Source: Octopus sinensis | Lineage: Eukaryota | DNA: 64,000 nt | NCBI RefSeq assembly: GCF_006345805.1 | Contig: NC_043001.1 | Coordinates: forward strand, 62,124,001-62,188,000 | Direction of reading: 5' to 3' | Part shown: positions 62,900-64,000 of the stretch, piece after piece | Layout of the letters: each line of letters opens with the position of its first letter | Numbering within the stretch: the first letter of the stretch is position 1 | The notes under the pieces: generated by a model | What the model was told of the DNA's origin: nothing | Databases searched by the model: none | What the model saw: the letters and a program-made list of their open reading frames with translations, nothing else | Program-made: the position numbers and the translations under genes

Positions 62900-64000
62900 A
62901 ATGTAGTTCCGCTGCTTTTCGGTACTGTGGATCGTCCCGTGCACATTTGTAAAAGGGAAAAATTTGAATTTTCCGCCACAGCATGTTTCCATACGTTTAC
63001 TTAATGGAATCTTACGCAATTCCTCTTATCGGATATGATGTCTGTGCATTCTTGCACGTTGGCAGAGGTAATTATTTGTTTCGCCAATGTAATTTTCTTT
63101 GCAGTTTGGGCAGGTAATGCAGTATATGAGGTTTTGCGTTTTAAGGGATCCGCTCTTGAATTTTTCTTTCCAAGTTGTTGATATTGTTGCATGTTCCACA
63201 TCTCCTATCTCTACATTCTTTTACTAAGAATTCTGATTCATTCTCTGATTGAATTCTGCCCTTGTGAGGTGTTTTTTAGATTTTTTTGTTGGCGTCTGCT
63301 ATTCTGTAAGGTGTATTTTTCAATCAGATTTTTCATTTTGGGGCTTTGTAGAAGTATAGGTGAGTTCGATTTTATGGCGTGGATGATGCTGGTTATTCCA
63401 GCATGTTAACGAACTTTTTCCTTAGGTGTCCGTGGTTGGGTGATGTTCAGTTTCATCGCCTTTTTAATTCTCTCATTAATTAATCCTAAGGGGTATTTCT
63501 GCATTGTGAGGAACCCTTTGAGTTCGTTGAGTCGGATTTCACGTATTTTGGGGGTCAGTCATTATAGCACAGTTGCGTCTTGCCATGCTGCATGGGATCT
63601 TTCTTTTGATGTGTGATGGATGGCAAGAGTAGAAATTTAAATATAAGTGTGTCAATTTTTTTGCAAAATATATTTGTTGTGACTGTGGAGTTCCAGGAAT
63701 GGTAGTTCATTGCAACTGGATTCTGTCGTGAATTTGATGGGTGGGTGAAGTGTGTTCAGTATATTGTTAAGTATATTTAGATCTTCATTCGATCTGTCCC
63801 AGAAGATGAAGCAATCATCAAGAAAGCGTTTCCACTTTTTAATGATATATTTCTTGTACTCCCGATCAAAACTTTTCTCTACTTCCTCATTAAGTTTTTC
63901 TTCCAAGTATCCTATAACTAAGTTTGCATATGAGGGTGCAAACCGCGTAACCATAGCCGTGCCCTTTATCTATCGACATGTTTTATTGTCGAATCTAAAG
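62900..64000 (-). mobile_element. Penelope-like element (RT plus GIY-YIG endonuclease), degenerate, runs off the right edge
   Basis: GTAMVTRFAPSYANL..WKRFLDDCFIFW..LHPPIKFT..LPFL is Penelope-type RT. At ~63060-63130 the minus strand reads NLIYCITCPNCKENYIGET (GIY-YIG). Confidence 0.9.

Overview
This is AT-rich, microsatellite-saturated animal DNA, most likely an octopus-type cephalopod (inferred from the SINE and simple-repeat landscape). It is intergenic or intronic, and no intact host gene can be supported. The window is a graveyard of mobile elements. Retroelements: at least six R4/Dong-clade LINE fragments (RT plus CCHC and restriction-like endonuclease), a Tx1/L1 3' fragment, a young 5'-truncated CR1/L2-type LINE with about 690 open codons, two RTE LINEs, a Penelope-like element (RT plus GIY-YIG) running off the right edge, and many tRNA-derived SINEs. 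DNA transposons: two piggyBac, two mariner, a Chapaev-like and a hATm-like transposase relic, non-autonomous Helitrons and MITEs. Most long ORFs in the supplied track are microsatellite translations. The most interesting signal is non-coding: short microsatellite-embedded repeats carry hammerhead-ribozyme cores (CUGANGA...GAAA) with palindromic stem III. Two look close to intact (9904-9989 and 38614-38702, minus strand) and several are decayed, which suggests Penelope-derived retrozyme-like families. Also notable are a ~48-unit 28-bp minisatellite born from a retroposon, several locally templated inverted or direct duplications, an in-frame mariner/Chapaev junction, and a compact NRF1/ETS/CCAAT promoter-like cluster at ~59.55 kb. 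There is a 100-N scaffold gap at 50077-50176. All calls come from manual reading and none is database-confirmed.
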